Below are positions 18,827 through 29,616 of a stretch of DNA of 64,000 nt, in pieces (position 1 is the stretch's first letter; each line of letters opens with the position of its first letter). The position numbers and the translations under genes are program-made. The stretch is from NCBI GenBank assembly GCA_023229505.1, contig JALNZD010000018.1, forward strand, positions 9,089 to 73,088, in the 5' to 3' direction. The notes under the pieces are model-generated. The model searched no databases and had not been told where the DNA came from. It was given only the letters and a program-made list of their open reading frames with translations. Source of the stretch: Bacteroidales bacterium (GTDB taxonomy: Bacteria; Bacteroidota; Bacteroidia; Bacteroidales; JAGOPY01).

Positions 18827-19687
18827 TCAGGATGAAAGAAGGAAAATCGCCACGATAGCAAGGGCTATGCCGAATGTCAGGGATAAACCGGGAATTACGC
18901 CGTAAATCAGTAATGAAATACCGACCGTGATGACGGGTGAAAGGCCGGTCATAGGTACCACGATCATTGCTTTTCCGCGGCGCAGAGCATAAACAATGGT
19001 AAGCGCACCGATAGAATTAAGGACATGTACCATCGCAGCCAGGTAAGGCCCTTTGAAACCCCAGTTAATCTCCTGGCTGAAATCGGTCATCCGGATGGCG
19101 ACCGGCACAAGTATCAAAGCAGTTATGGCCATATACATAAAGATACTCTCTGCCTTCATGGTTTCATTGGCAAATTTCATTACCCAGGCCTGGATACCCC
19201 ACATCAGGAACACAAGCACAGACATTAACAACCATGCATAACCGCTGATATTATCTCCGTCAGGTTTTTGATAGGATAAGAAAAAGATGGCTATGAGTGC
19301 AAGGATGATACCAGCCCATTGACGCAATCCTGCCCGCTCTTTGAGGAAGAGTATAGACAGAAAAATCGTAACTACCGGGAAAAGAGAGATAAAAGGAAAG
19401 ACGATATAGGCCGGCCCGGAGCGCAATGCCTCAAACAGGATCAACTGTCCGCCTGCACCCAATAAGCCGATTACTGATCCAAGGAAAATCGATTTACGGT
19501 CAGTCTCGGGTTTCCATTTTATAATGGCCAATGCGACCAGTGCACAGGGGATCATGGTCAGTGCCCACACCGAATAGCCAAGTGTTGCCGGAAATCCCGC
19601 TTTCTCAGGGATTTCAATGAATGCACCCCATATTCCCCAGAAAATGGTCGTCGTTAAAGCAAAAAATAGCCAGGTTCTCGATTTCAT
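18827..19687 (-). CDS. EamA/DMT-family transporter
   Basis: 286 aa, about 10 hydrophobic segments in two halves. Confidence 0.75.
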   Translation of the reverse strand: MKSRTWLFFALTTTIFWGIWGAFIEIPEKAGFPATLGYSVWALTMIPCALVALAIIKWKPETDRKSIFLGSVIGLLGAGGQLILFEALRSGPAYIVFPFISLFPVVTIFLSILFLKERAGLRQWAGIILALIAIFFLSYQKPDGDNISGYAWLLMSVLVFLMWGIQAWVMKFANETMKAESIFMYMAITALILVPVAIRMTDFSQEINWGFKGPYLAAMVHVLNSIGALTIVYALRRGKAMIVVPMTGLSPVITVGISLLIYGVIPGLSLTFGIALAIVAIFLLSS

Positions 19688-19853
19688 CCTGATATTAATT
19701 TTAACAAAAATATCAATTTTAACTTACGAAACCTTTCTTTTAGTTTTTTTATCGTTTAATATTTGTTTTTATCTATTTCTTTTCTTATTTTTGCTTATCA
19801 GATTCTTTCGAAAGGTTTATTTATTTTTCATGATGCAATAAATTTACACGAAG

Positions 19854-22844
19854 ATGCATAAAAAATTTCTTAAAACAGCCGGCCTGATGATCATTTTTAC
19901 ATTATGGCTTGGACAGGCATGGGCTCAAATATCCGTCACCGGCAAAGTGACCGGAGAAGATGACAACCAGGGATTGCCCGGGGTCAATATCACGGTTAAA
20001 GGTACAACTTTGGGTAGTGTTACTGATGCTGGTGGAAATTACCGCATCACGATAAATTCTCCTGATAATATAATGGTTTTCAGTTATATGGGCTATTTAA
20101 GCCAGGAAACCAAAGTTGGGAACCGTGCCGTGATAAATATTGTCATGAAACAGGACATCAGGGCCTTGGAAGAGGTGGTGGTTATGGGTTACAGTGAAAA
20201 GAAAAAGACTGAAATTTCAAGTGCTGTGACCGTAATGCCTGCTGAAAAACTCAGGGATGTTATCAGCCCCAACCTGACCACCATGCTGCAGGGTAAGGTT
20301 TCCGGCGTACAGATCATTAACAGCAGCGGCTTTCCCGGTTCCGGCGCCGAGATCAGGATCCGGGGGACCAGTACCCTGAATGGTAATTCGGAGCCTTTGT
20401 ATGTCGTAGACGGGATCATTTCAGGTTACGGGGATCCGGGTATCGACCCATCGATGGTTGAAAGTGTAACGATCCTGAAAGATGCCGGGGCCACCGGGCT
20501 ATATGGCGCAAGGGCCAATGGCGGGGTCATCATCATCAATACCAAGAAAGGATCTGGCGGTAAAACAAAATATGAGTTCTCCGCCACTGTAGGTATGAGA
20601 ACGCCTGATTTCGGAAAAGTAAAGATGATGACCGGATCTGAAGCTTATGAAGCGCATAAAGGCTTATTCGTTGATTCCAACGGCTATTTTGATAAAGTCC
20701 GGTTCAATAACAACTACGATAAGTCTTTGAAAGACCGTGATTTCGATTGGATCAATGAAATTTTTACTCCCGCCATGGTCAGTAACTATTTCCTTTCAGC
20801 TTCCGGTGGTAAAGACAAATACAATTATTTCGTGGGTGCCAGTTATTTCAATGAAAAAGGCACATTTATGAACACGGATTTTCAAAGGCTGAATTTCCGG
20901 TCAAATAACAGCTATCAATTCTCCGACAGGGTCAACTTCATAGGAAATATCGACCTGAATGTGACTTCCGGTCACAGTTACGATTACATGGACATGTACT
21001 ATGCTTTTCTGACCCTGCCATGGGACAACGCGTATGACGCTGCCGGGAGCCCCAAATATATTGACCAGAACACGGCCGGCTGGTATTCAAGGGATAAAAT
21101 CAACCCTATCCACAGCATACAGAATTCTGATTATGCTTACAGGGGCGCATCAGCGGGATTACAGCTTGGATTGAACATCAATATTCTGAAATGGCTGAGT
21201 TTTTCCTCTTCTGCCGGTCTAAGCTACTGGAACAGCCTGGCCACCAATTCGGTATACCCGGAGGTTGCCGGCCCGTTGCACGGAATCGGAAGCCTCTACC
21301 GTCAAAACGACTTTGGATACGGAATACTCAATACAAATCTTTTCAAGCTTTCTCATTCATTTGGCGACCACAACCTTAGCGGACTGCTGGGGTTTGAAGT
21401 CAGTTATGGTTATGGTGACAGTTGGGGAGCCTCCGCTGAAGGATTACTGCCTGGGTTTAATGTTTTTAATACGGCATCAAAGAATTATAAAGTATTCGGC
21501 TCTTATGAAGAATCGGCTGTGACATCTTTCATCAGCCAGGCTAACTACAACTACAAGGAAAAGTACTTCCTGACCGGATCATTCCGTGTCGATAACAACT
21601 CCAAGTTTGCCCCGGATCATAAGACAGCCTACTTCCCCACCCTGAGCGGTTCATGGTTAATGAGCAAGGAGGAATTCATGAAGAATTCCGAAGCGATCAG
21701 CAACCTGAAATTGCGCCTGAGCTGGGGATATACGGGCAATGAAGCTATCGACCCCGGAAAATACAACGCTTTGTATTCACTTACCAGCACCTACAACGCC
21801 CAGATCGGCGCCATTCCCTTCCAGCTTCCGAATTCTGAGCTGACCTGGGAGATGACACGCCAGCTTGACTTCGGCGTAGAGATTGAGATGCTGAAAAGGT
21901 TTGAAATTATTATGGATCTTTACCAGAACAAAACTAAAAACTTACTTTTCGTGGCTCAACAGGCGTACTCGATCGGGTACGAATACAGGTGGGAAAACGC
22001 CGGAGTTGTGACTAACACCGGCGCCGAACTCGGCCTCTCTGCTAAGATTATCGAAAAAACTGATTTCGGTTGGAATTTCGACTTCAACGTAAGTTACAAC
22101 CAAAATAAAGTCTCCGATATTGAAAATGCAAAGCCGAGGATCGTCGGCGGCATCGAGCAAAGGCTGGAGAACGGCAAGCCATTGTATGCATTTTACCTCC
22201 CCGTCTGGCTCGGTGTGAATCCCAGCAATGGTGAACCGCTCTGGGAACAGGTGATCAGGGATGAAAACGGGAATATTATTGACAGGGTCGCGACAAACCA
22301 GTACAGCAAAGCTGAAGCGCAATATGTCGGGTCGGCTATGCCCAAATATTATGGCGGTTTAACTACTGATTTAAGGTATAAGAACTGGTCATTGTCATTG
22401 AATTTCTCCTATACTGGCGGCAACAAAGTTTATAACAGGGACCGGACCCAATTCGATACGGATGGAGCCGAACCGCTTATGAACTGGATGGTTCCCATGG
22501 ATGACTGGACGCGTTGGGAAGAACCGGGCGACGAAGCCAGCCATCCCAGGATGGGCGCCAATTCCCTTTCTTATTATCCTTCCTCCCGCTTCCTTGAGGA
22601 CGGCAGTTATGTAAAATTCCGCTATGCCAGGATCACCTATCAATTACCGGGCAAATGGTTCAAGGATAAAATCGGCGGGTTATCCATCACCCTGAGCGGA
22701 GATAATCTATACACTTTCACCAAATATTCCGGTATTGATCCCGAAGCTACCCTGCGTATTACCGACTGGTCGATGGCCGGGGTAAATGACCTGAAATATC
22801 CCCTGAACCGCCAGTATAATATAACCGTCAAGCTGAATTTCTAA
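19854..22844 (+). CDS. susC: SusC/RagA-family TonB-dependent outer-membrane receptor
   Basis: 996 aa. Carboxypeptidase-regulatory-like N-domain (VTGKVTGEDDNQGLPGVNITVKGTTLGSVTDAGGNYRI), plug (LQGKVSGVQI...GGVIIINTKKG), and C-terminal ...YNITVKLNF. Followed by susD. Confidence 0.95.
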   Translation: MHKKFLKTAGLMIIFTLWLGQAWAQISVTGKVTGEDDNQGLPGVNITVKGTTLGSVTDAGGNYRITINSPDNIMVFSYMGYLSQETKVGNRAVINIVMKQDIRALEEVVVMGYSEKKKTEISSAVTVMPAEKLRDVISPNLTTMLQGKVSGVQIINSSGFPGSGAEIRIRGTSTLNGNSEPLYVVDGIISGYGDPGIDPSMVESVTILKDAGATGLYGARANGGVIIINTKKGSGGKTKYEFSATVGMRTPDFGKVKMMTGSEAYEAHKGLFVDSNGYFDKVRFNNNYDKSLKDRDFDWINEIFTPAMVSNYFLSASGGKDKYNYFVGASYFNEKGTFMNTDFQRLNFRSNNSYQFSDRVNFIGNIDLNVTSGHSYDYMDMYYAFLTLPWDNAYDAAGSPKYIDQNTAGWYSRDKINPIHSIQNSDYAYRGASAGLQLGLNINILKWLSFSSSAGLSYWNSLATNSVYPEVAGPLHGIGSLYRQNDFGYGILNTNLFKLSHSFGDHNLSGLLGFEVSYGYGDSWGASAEGLLPGFNVFNTASKNYKVFGSYEESAVTSFISQANYNYKEKYFLTGSFRVDNNSKFAPDHKTAYFPTLSGSWLMSKEEFMKNSEAISNLKLRLSWGYTGNEAIDPGKYNALYSLTSTYNAQIGAIPFQLPNSELTWEMTRQLDFGVEIEMLKRFEIIMDLYQNKTKNLLFVAQQAYSIGYEYRWENAGVVTNTGAELGLSAKIIEKTDFGWNFDFNVSYNQNKVSDIENAKPRIVGGIEQRLENGKPLYAFYLPVWLGVNPSNGEPLWEQVIRDENGNIIDRVATNQYSKAEAQYVGSAMPKYYGGLTTDLRYKNWSLSLNFSYTGGNKVYNRDRTQFDTDGAEPLMNWMVPMDDWTRWEEPGDEASHPRMGANSLSYYPSSRFLEDGSYVKFRYARITYQLPGKWFKDKIGGLSITLSGDNLYTFTKYSGIDPEATLRITDWSMAGVNDLKYPLNRQYNITVKLNF

Positions 22845-22862
22845 TTTATAATATCGAATGAC

Positions 22863-24386
22863 ATGAAAAGAAATTTCAAAATATTCCTGGTCCTGGGCAT
22901 TATTCCTTTCCTTCTAACTGATTGCACGAAAGAATATGACCCTTCCGATATGATAACGCCGGAAAAGCTCATCCAGATGCCTGACGGGCTGACCTATATT
23001 GCCAACGGGAATTATTCCATGTTCAAGGATGTGCTGTTCTTTAACGGCGTCCAGAACGGGAACTATTCCTACCTGCGTCAATATTTCTATCTTTCCGACT
23101 TTTCAGGTGATGATGTTGTCTGCGGCCAGGTTACTACCGACCCGCTCTTTTTGAGTTTCAACCTAAATCACGCCCCGGCGCAGGAAAACACTTCTTATTT
23201 CTGGTATGTGAGCTACAAAATGATTTCGGCCACCAACCTGGTGATCAGTTTATATGAGCGGGGTGAACTGTCAGACCCCTCTGCGAAAAATCTTCAGCTC
23301 GTCGGAGAGAATTACTTCATCAGGGCCTTTGCCCACTTCAGCATGCTGAATTTATTTGCAAAACCATATACGCACGACCCTAATGGCCCTGGAATCGTTA
23401 TTCGCAATTCGGATAATGAACCTGCTCAAAAACCAAGGGCTACCGTCAAAGAGGTTTACGAATTCATTCTCGATGATTTGCGTATAGCCTCCGGGCTCAT
23501 GCAACCAAATACCATCCGGGGAAAAGGTTATGCATCGGTCTATGCTGCTTACGCCCTGATGTCAAGAGCATTCCTTTACATGGAAGAACCCGATTCCGTC
23601 ATCAAATATTCCGACCTGGTGATAAATTCCGGCCGTTATAGTATTACTGACGATTATCCCAACTATTTCAGGGCCGCCCCTTCTTCAGATGAAACCATCT
23701 GGTGCATCATTTTTACGGAAGTGGATGACCTGAAAAAGTTTGGCTCCATCGGTTCCATGTATTATTCCGATGGCAATTCAGGATGGGGAGAAGAATATGC
23801 TTCTGATCTCTATCGTGATCTTTTAGCTGAAAACCCCGGAGATAACAGAAGTCAATATGTAGTACCTTTACTGGATGACCAGGGTAACATCATGACCAAG
23901 ACAGGTACCGGCATACGGATGTATTATATAACCAAATTTTCTTTCCAGGATGGCTCGCCGACACTCAGCTCCCCTGTCATGTTCCGCATATCCGAAATGT
24001 ACCTGAACCGGGCCGAAGCATACGCCAGGAAAGGAGACGATGCAGGCGCCTTGAATGACCTGGATGCCATCCGGCAGAACCGCAACATGGCAAATAATCT
24101 TTTTAACGGCACGGTGCCAGCCGGGAAAACAGCTTTGCAAACCGTCCTTGACGAAAGAAGGCTTGAACTGGCCTTCGAAGGGCACCGGACTTTCGATGTT
24201 TACCGCAATAAAATGGATTTGAACCGGACATATTGGGGTTACCATCTTACCGGGCTGAAAGAAAGCGATGTGAACTATGATCAGCCTGCCCCAGTGAATA
24301 TCATTTCATGGAACGACCCAAGAATAATTTACTATATCCCTGAAAATGAGATCAGAATAAACACACTCTGCACGCAGAATCCTTAA
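22863..24386 (+). CDS. susD: SusD/RagB-family lipoprotein
   Basis: Lipobox LLTDC, then RAEAYARKGDDAGALNDLDAIRQNR...ERRLELAFEGHRTFD, typical of SusD. Confidence 0.95.
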   Translation: MKRNFKIFLVLGIIPFLLTDCTKEYDPSDMITPEKLIQMPDGLTYIANGNYSMFKDVLFFNGVQNGNYSYLRQYFYLSDFSGDDVVCGQVTTDPLFLSFNLNHAPAQENTSYFWYVSYKMISATNLVISLYERGELSDPSAKNLQLVGENYFIRAFAHFSMLNLFAKPYTHDPNGPGIVIRNSDNEPAQKPRATVKEVYEFILDDLRIASGLMQPNTIRGKGYASVYAAYALMSRAFLYMEEPDSVIKYSDLVINSGRYSITDDYPNYFRAAPSSDETIWCIIFTEVDDLKKFGSIGSMYYSDGNSGWGEEYASDLYRDLLAENPGDNRSQYVVPLLDDQGNIMTKTGTGIRMYYITKFSFQDGSPTLSSPVMFRISEMYLNRAEAYARKGDDAGALNDLDAIRQNRNMANNLFNGTVPAGKTALQTVLDERRLELAFEGHRTFDVYRNKMDLNRTYWGYHLTGLKESDVNYDQPAPVNIISWNDPRIIYYIPENEIRINTLCTQNP

Positions 24387-24415
24387 AATTTATATTAATC
24401 TTTAACATTAAAACT

Positions 24416-25312
24416 ATGAAAAAAATGCGATTGATTGCTGGAATTTTTACTGTGCTGGCTCTCACAGCCGTTATCTTCACTGCCTGTAAAAAGGAGGAAA
24501 AGAAGCCTTTGCCCGATGCAAGTTTTTCCTTCGTGGCATCCGGTGACGGAAGAACCATCCAGTTTACTAACGAATCTACCGATGCTGCCACCTATGAATG
24601 GGCTTTCGGTGACGGCCAGACTTCAACAGAAGAAAGTCCTTCCCACACCTATCCTGATTATGGCCCTTTTACCGTAACCCTGACAGCAACCGGTGACGGC
24701 GGAACGGATGAATTCAGCTATACACTTACTGTAACAAAAGCCAGCCCTGTTAAACTGGATGACAACAGTTTTGATGACTGGAATGATATTGATTATGCTT
24801 TCCAGTCAGTGGATAACAGTGGCGGTTTGATTGAAAAAGTTAAAGTGGATTATGATGGCGAATTTATCTTCTTCTGGATGGAAGTGAAAGATAATATTAC
24901 TGATTCTCTGCCTACCGGAATCCATTTCGACCTGGATAACGATACCCTGACAGGTTTCCTCCCATGGACCAACCCCGGGATTGGAACCGAGTTCTATATT
25001 GAAGCAGGTATCACCAGCACTTCATGGTCTACGGCCTTTATGTTCGATAAGGATGCTGCATCTCAGAATGACTGGTCCTGGATCGAAAAGTCAGTGACTG
25101 ATTATATCCTCTATGGATATCATGTACAGGTCGGAGATAAAGTGCAGGTTGAATGGGCGATCAGGAAAAACAAGCTGGATGCCGTAACTACTAATGGTAA
25201 TGTGGTGATGGGCAACAAGGTTACGATAATCATCAATCATTACTATGAATGGGAACCAGCCGGTTTCTTCCCCGGTAATGGTGAAAATGCTTTTGTGCTG
25301 GAAATGCTGTAA
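24416..25312 (+). CDS. PKD-domain surface lipoprotein (SusE/F-position glycan-binding candidate)
   Basis: Lipobox FTAC. PKD motif FSFVASGDGRTIQFTNESTDAATYEWAFGDGQTSTEESPSHTYPDYGPFTVTLTATGDGG. Confidence 0.8.
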   Translation: MKKMRLIAGIFTVLALTAVIFTACKKEEKKPLPDASFSFVASGDGRTIQFTNESTDAATYEWAFGDGQTSTEESPSHTYPDYGPFTVTLTATGDGGTDEFSYTLTVTKASPVKLDDNSFDDWNDIDYAFQSVDNSGGLIEKVKVDYDGEFIFFWMEVKDNITDSLPTGIHFDLDNDTLTGFLPWTNPGIGTEFYIEAGITSTSWSTAFMFDKDAASQNDWSWIEKSVTDYILYGYHVQVGDKVQVEWAIRKNKLDAVTTNGNVVMGNKVTIIINHYYEWEPAGFFPGNGENAFVLEML

Positions 25313-25347
25313 ATTTTCTAATAATAGAGCAATTTTTGTATGAGTGA

Positions 25348-25373
25348 AAAGGCTGCCCTTCGCGGTAGCCTTT
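25348..25373 (+). terminator. Intercistronic hairpin (possible attenuator/terminator)
   Basis: aaaggctgcc-cttcgc-ggtagccttt: a 10-bp stem with one G-T pair and no clear U tract. Confidence 0.3.
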
Positions 25374-25419
25374 GCCTCTTTAACTGGTTTTCCTTAATTA
25401 TTCAAGACACTGCTGAAAA

Positions 25420-28400
25420 ATGATGAACTTAGAAAAATCCTTGACACTATTCCTGGCTTTAATCCTTGTTCAGATGAGCTATAGCCAGGCTTTTAACCAT
25501 GTGGATTACCAGGGTCATGATTCCCTCATTTGTAATCCTGAAAGGGGGTTTATGCATTTTTCAAAAGCATACTCTATCGGATCATACAACAATCTTGATC
25601 TGGCTGATCTTTTTAGTTACAGGGAAGAAGGCATCACATTGATGTTCCGATATTTTGATCTGGAAAATTTCACTGCTTCCGATATATCAGGCGATTACCT
25701 GATCGGGATGAAAAAAGATTTTGAAATCTTGCGGCAGGCCGGAATGAAGTTGGTCATGCGTTTTTCCTATTGCGAAAGCATGACTAAACCTTATGGTGAT
25801 GCCCCCATTGACATTGTGCTTCGTCACATTGAGCAGGTCAAACCCATTTTGCAGGAGAACAGCGATGTGATCCTCGTTGTCCAGGCCGGATTTATAGGGG
25901 CATGGGGAGAATGGTACTACACCGACCATTATGCTTTTTCCCCGGGAGTTATTTTCCCTGAACACTGGGCACTCCGGAGACAGATCGTCAATGCCCTGCT
26001 GGATGCAGTTCCTGCATACCGGATGATTGAAGTCAGGACCCCGGGTTACAAGCAGAAGCTGCTTGAGAATGACCAACCGGTTAGCGAACAGCAAGCATAC
26101 TCCGACCTCCCCATTGCACGCATCGCCCACCATAACGATTGTTTCGTATCCAGCCCGGACGACTACGGCACTTATGATGATACCCTCGTCGAAAAGCCTT
26201 ACCTGGAAGCAGATACACGATATACCATGATCGGCGGAGAAACCTGCAATCCTTACCCGCCTTATTCTGATTGCCCCAATTCGTTGCATGAAATGCGACG
26301 GTTCCATTGGACTTACCTCAATATGGATTACAATGTTCAACTGCTGAATGGATGGAGGACTCAGGGTTGTTTCCCGGGGGTTGAAAACAAACTTGGCTAT
26401 CGCTATCGCCTGGTTGAAGCTGATATCCAGGATAGCGCCCGAGTGGGGGGTGAATTCCAGGTTAACCTGAAACTTATCAACGAAGGATGGTCAAATCCTG
26501 TCAATCCCAGGAAGATTGAGCTGGTGATCAGGAACCAGGCAAACGGCAAGGAATATGTATATGATATCAATGAAGATATTCGCTTTTGGCCCCTGGTTGA
26601 AGAGGTGACACTAAGCATTAAGGCCGGCATTCCACAGGGATTGGAGCAGGGCGATTACCAGGTCTTTCTCAACATGCCTGATCCTGAAATATCCATACGT
26701 TTTCAACCAAAATATTCTATACGGACAGCTAATATCGGCACGTGGGAAGATGCAACGGGACTGAATTCTCTTCTTTCGGAGTTCATAGTGGCAGATAACG
26801 CGGCTCTGCCCGGTTATAACGGTTCGGGTTTTTTTTACCCAAGGAAAGCCGTAATCATTGAAGCCGCATATATCAAGGTCGACGGCCTGGCAAATGACTG
26901 GGAAAAAATTGGAATTGCCTGCGAAATTCCAGATCAGCCTGCAGGGATCTTCAAAGCTTATAACTCTGGAGATTCACTCTACTTCCTGATCCAGGGAAGT
27001 GACCTTCAACAGGACTACCAGTTTTTCATCGATGCCGATAATCTTGAAAGTACCGGTTATTTTGCCTGGCAATGGAAACCAAACGGCGCCGACTACCTGG
27101 TTGAAAACGGGCTGCTTTACAAACATACCGGCGGTTCCGGTGAATGGAGCTGGGAACTGATCACAGATATTGTATCAGCGCAAAATGCGTCAGCCATTGA
27201 AACCGGGCTGGCCATAGCCGATCTTAACGGCATTGCCCTGGGGTATCAATACAGCGCTGCTTTTGTAAACGATCCCCAAAATACGGTGCTCGCCAGCTAT
27301 CTTCCGGCAGAAAATTCCTACTTCATTCAGCTCAACCGGTTGTTGCCCCCCGCTCAGGGTATCAGATGCACGGGTTATGGCGACAAGGTTATTGCCTACT
27401 GGCCGGGATCTTCTGATGAAAATGTCTATCATGTTCTTGAAAGAAGCGCGAATAATGCCGACTATGAGCAAGTGGCGATTCTTAAAAATAATGGCATCAC
27501 CTTTACTGATGCCAACCTTGCCGAAAACACACCGTATCAATATCGTGTTTACCGTACCAATGGAATTTCGGTCTCCCCCGCCACACAACCTTTTTCCATC
27601 ACCACTTCTGAAGCTACGCCATATTTCATTGACATCGTTACCGATGGCGATGCAAGTGACTGGTATATCATCCCTCCGATTGCCACCGGTTATGATCAGC
27701 AACTTAATGCCCTTCGTCTGGTCAATTATGGGGATAGTATATTTTTCAGTTTGGAAGGCCCGGAAATTATCAGCAGTTATAAATTATACCTGAATACTGA
27801 CCGCAGCGTTGAAACGGGCTTGCCAAATTACCTGGGCAATGCTGAAGGTTTTGATTATAAGATCATTAATGATTCTCTTTTCAGTGCAGTGGCTGATACA
27901 TGGAATTTCTTGAAAAAGATATCATCCGTTACTTCAGGAAATTTTCTTGAAGGTGGCCTGAGGATGGCAGAAGTCGCAATGGTCAATGCAGGAAGCGCCT
28001 ATGTTTCTGCGCATGTTAACGATTCTGACCTGCCACAGACTGAGCCCCAGGCAGAGTTTATCAAATTACCCCAGCCTGGCGTCCCGCTGTACTTTAATGT
28101 GAAGAATTCCCAATCTAATCCCGATACGCGTATTGTTATCGAATGGAGCAGGCCGGGTAACTGCCAGGGTTTTATCATTGAAAGATCGGTTGGCGACAGC
28201 GTGCATTTCAAAACACTGGTTGATCTGCCATACAGCGAAACTTACTATCACGATAATACCGTTCACCCGGACACAATATATTTATACAGGATGTATTCCT
28301 ACTCCTCACTGAACCGGTCGGCGTACACGGTTATTTATGGCGGTTATCCCGGACAGATCTATGGAATCAGCGAATCATCTTTCAATGCCGCACAGGTAAA

Positions 28401-28638
28401 AGTCTATCCTAATCCTTTCAGGGGTTCAGCAAAAGTTGAAGTCTGGATGCGCTATCCTGCGCCGATAAATGCAGAGGTATTGAGCATTACGGGGGAAAAA
28501 ATCCTTGATCTATATAGCGGTAAAACTGAAAGATATAATTACTTCGACATCAGGGATGGGTTATTAAAGCCGGGGATTTATTTCATACGTATAACCGGTG
28601 AAAATCTCAACATCAGCGAAAAGATCATTGCATATTAG
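25420..28638 (+). CDS. Glycoside-hydrolase-like TIM-barrel protein (DUF4874/DUF4832-type by memory) with two Fn3 domains and T9SS type A sorting domain
   Basis: 1072 aa. NPERGFMHF, QAGFIGAWGEWYYTDHY, AHHNDCFVSS. Fn3-like segments (YQYRVYRTNG; IYLYRMYSY). C-terminal VKVYPNPFRGSA...GIYFIRI. Confidence 0.7.
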   Translation: MMNLEKSLTLFLALILVQMSYSQAFNHVDYQGHDSLICNPERGFMHFSKAYSIGSYNNLDLADLFSYREEGITLMFRYFDLENFTASDISGDYLIGMKKDFEILRQAGMKLVMRFSYCESMTKPYGDAPIDIVLRHIEQVKPILQENSDVILVVQAGFIGAWGEWYYTDHYAFSPGVIFPEHWALRRQIVNALLDAVPAYRMIEVRTPGYKQKLLENDQPVSEQQAYSDLPIARIAHHNDCFVSSPDDYGTYDDTLVEKPYLEADTRYTMIGGETCNPYPPYSDCPNSLHEMRRFHWTYLNMDYNVQLLNGWRTQGCFPGVENKLGYRYRLVEADIQDSARVGGEFQVNLKLINEGWSNPVNPRKIELVIRNQANGKEYVYDINEDIRFWPLVEEVTLSIKAGIPQGLEQGDYQVFLNMPDPEISIRFQPKYSIRTANIGTWEDATGLNSLLSEFIVADNAALPGYNGSGFFYPRKAVIIEAAYIKVDGLANDWEKIGIACEIPDQPAGIFKAYNSGDSLYFLIQGSDLQQDYQFFIDADNLESTGYFAWQWKPNGADYLVENGLLYKHTGGSGEWSWELITDIVSAQNASAIETGLAIADLNGIALGYQYSAAFVNDPQNTVLASYLPAENSYFIQLNRLLPPAQGIRCTGYGDKVIAYWPGSSDENVYHVLERSANNADYEQVAILKNNGITFTDANLAENTPYQYRVYRTNGISVSPATQPFSITTSEATPYFIDIVTDGDASDWYIIPPIATGYDQQLNALRLVNYGDSIFFSLEGPEIISSYKLYLNTDRSVETGLPNYLGNAEGFDYKIINDSLFSAVADTWNFLKKISSVTSGNFLEGGLRMAEVAMVNAGSAYVSAHVNDSDLPQTEPQAEFIKLPQPGVPLYFNVKNSQSNPDTRIVIEWSRPGNCQGFIIERSVGDSVHFKTLVDLPYSETYYHDNTVHPDTIYLYRMYSYSSLNRSAYTVIYGGYPGQIYGISESSFNAAQVKVYPNPFRGSAKVEVWMRYPAPINAEVLSITGEKILDLYSGKTERYNYFDIRDGLLKPGIYFIRITGENLNISEKIIAY

Positions 28639-28649
28639 CTTTTTCTCCG

Positions 28650-29432
28650 TCAGGCGATAAGCACTTTAACCCCTGAATCCTCCAATATACTTTTATCTTG
28701 TGCTGAAATACCTTCATCAGTCACTACCACATCGATCCGGCTGACAGGACAGATCAGGGCAAGGCTTTTCCGCAGGAACTTGGATGAATCGGCAACCAGG
28801 ATCACTTCCCGCGAGATTTCGATCATGATCTGGTTCAGGTAGGCCTCTTCCACATTCGGTGTGTAGATGCCCAGGCGTACGTCAAAACCGTCGACCCCTA
28901 TAAAAACCTTATCGACATAAAAATTTTTGAGGTTTTTTTCGGCAAGGGGCCCAATGAGGGAATGTGAATTCTGACGAAGGTATCCGCCCGGGATGATAAG
29001 TTTGACATTCGGTTTGCCGATCAGGTTATTGGCGATATTCAATGCATTGGTGATCACGGTGATCTCTTTCAGAGGGGGAAGGTTTTTAACAACTTCAGCT
29101 GTGGTAGTGCCGGAATCCACAATAATAGTATCCGATTCGTGGATAAGTGAAGCTGCTTTTTTACCGATCCGGACTTTTTCAAAAAAATGAAGCTTGGTTT
29201 TTTCGGAAAGCCCCGGGTCCATGCCCACAAAATGTTCGAACCTGATCGCCCCGCCTCGTGCACGTAAAAGAAGATTTTTCTCTTCTAATGATTTTAGGTC
29301 ATTCCTGACCGTAACCTCGCTTACATCAAATAATTTGCTTAGTTCCGGGATATAAATCTCGCCTTTCTCCGAAAGCATTTCCAGTATCCGCTTCCGGCGC
29401 TGGATCGTATTGTTATTATCGTCCTTGGACAT
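28650..29432 (-). CDS. DeoR-family transcriptional repressor (AgaR-like)
   Basis: HTH (IYIPELSKLFDVSEVTVRNDLKSLEE) plus DeoR C-terminal sugar-phosphate-binding domain. Divergent from agaS. Confidence 0.9.
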   Translation of the reverse strand: MSKDDNNNTIQRRKRILEMLSEKGEIYIPELSKLFDVSEVTVRNDLKSLEEKNLLLRARGGAIRFEHFVGMDPGLSEKTKLHFFEKVRIGKKAASLIHESDTIIVDSGTTTAEVVKNLPPLKEITVITNALNIANNLIGKPNVKLIIPGGYLRQNSHSLIGPLAEKNLKNFYVDKVFIGVDGFDVRLGIYTPNVEEAYLNQIMIEISREVILVADSSKFLRKSLALICPVSRIDVVVTDEGISAQDKSILEDSGVKVLIA

Positions 29433-29583
29433 GTAAGAGTATTTTAAGTTAATCCACTGTTAAATTAAAAAATATTATGTTACAAAACGTATTATTTTTT
29501 ATAAAAATATCTTTTCGCAACTATTTATAAGATTATTTCTTTCTTTTTCGTTTTTTTTTAATTTTATTTTCTTTTATTTTCAT

Positions 29584-29591
29584 TATATTTG
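29584..29591 (+). promoter_or_regulatory. Candidate Bacteroidota -7 promoter box TATATTTG (TAnnTTTG)
   Basis: Exact match to the TAnnTTTG consensus, 26 nt upstream of the agaS ATG in the divergent agaR/agaS region. Confidence 0.35.
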
Positions 29592-29616
29592 TTTTATTAA
29601 ATTGATCTGAAATTCA

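Noticed and set aside
25687-26340. 217-aa antisense ORF, and similar long antisense ORFs (2781-3197, 27190-27702, 30997-31437, 40916-41368, 41480-42025, 42107-42628, 55358-56008)
   Set aside because: Each lies fully inside a well-supported gene on the opposite strand and has low-complexity, motif-free translations. They are typical shadow ORFs.
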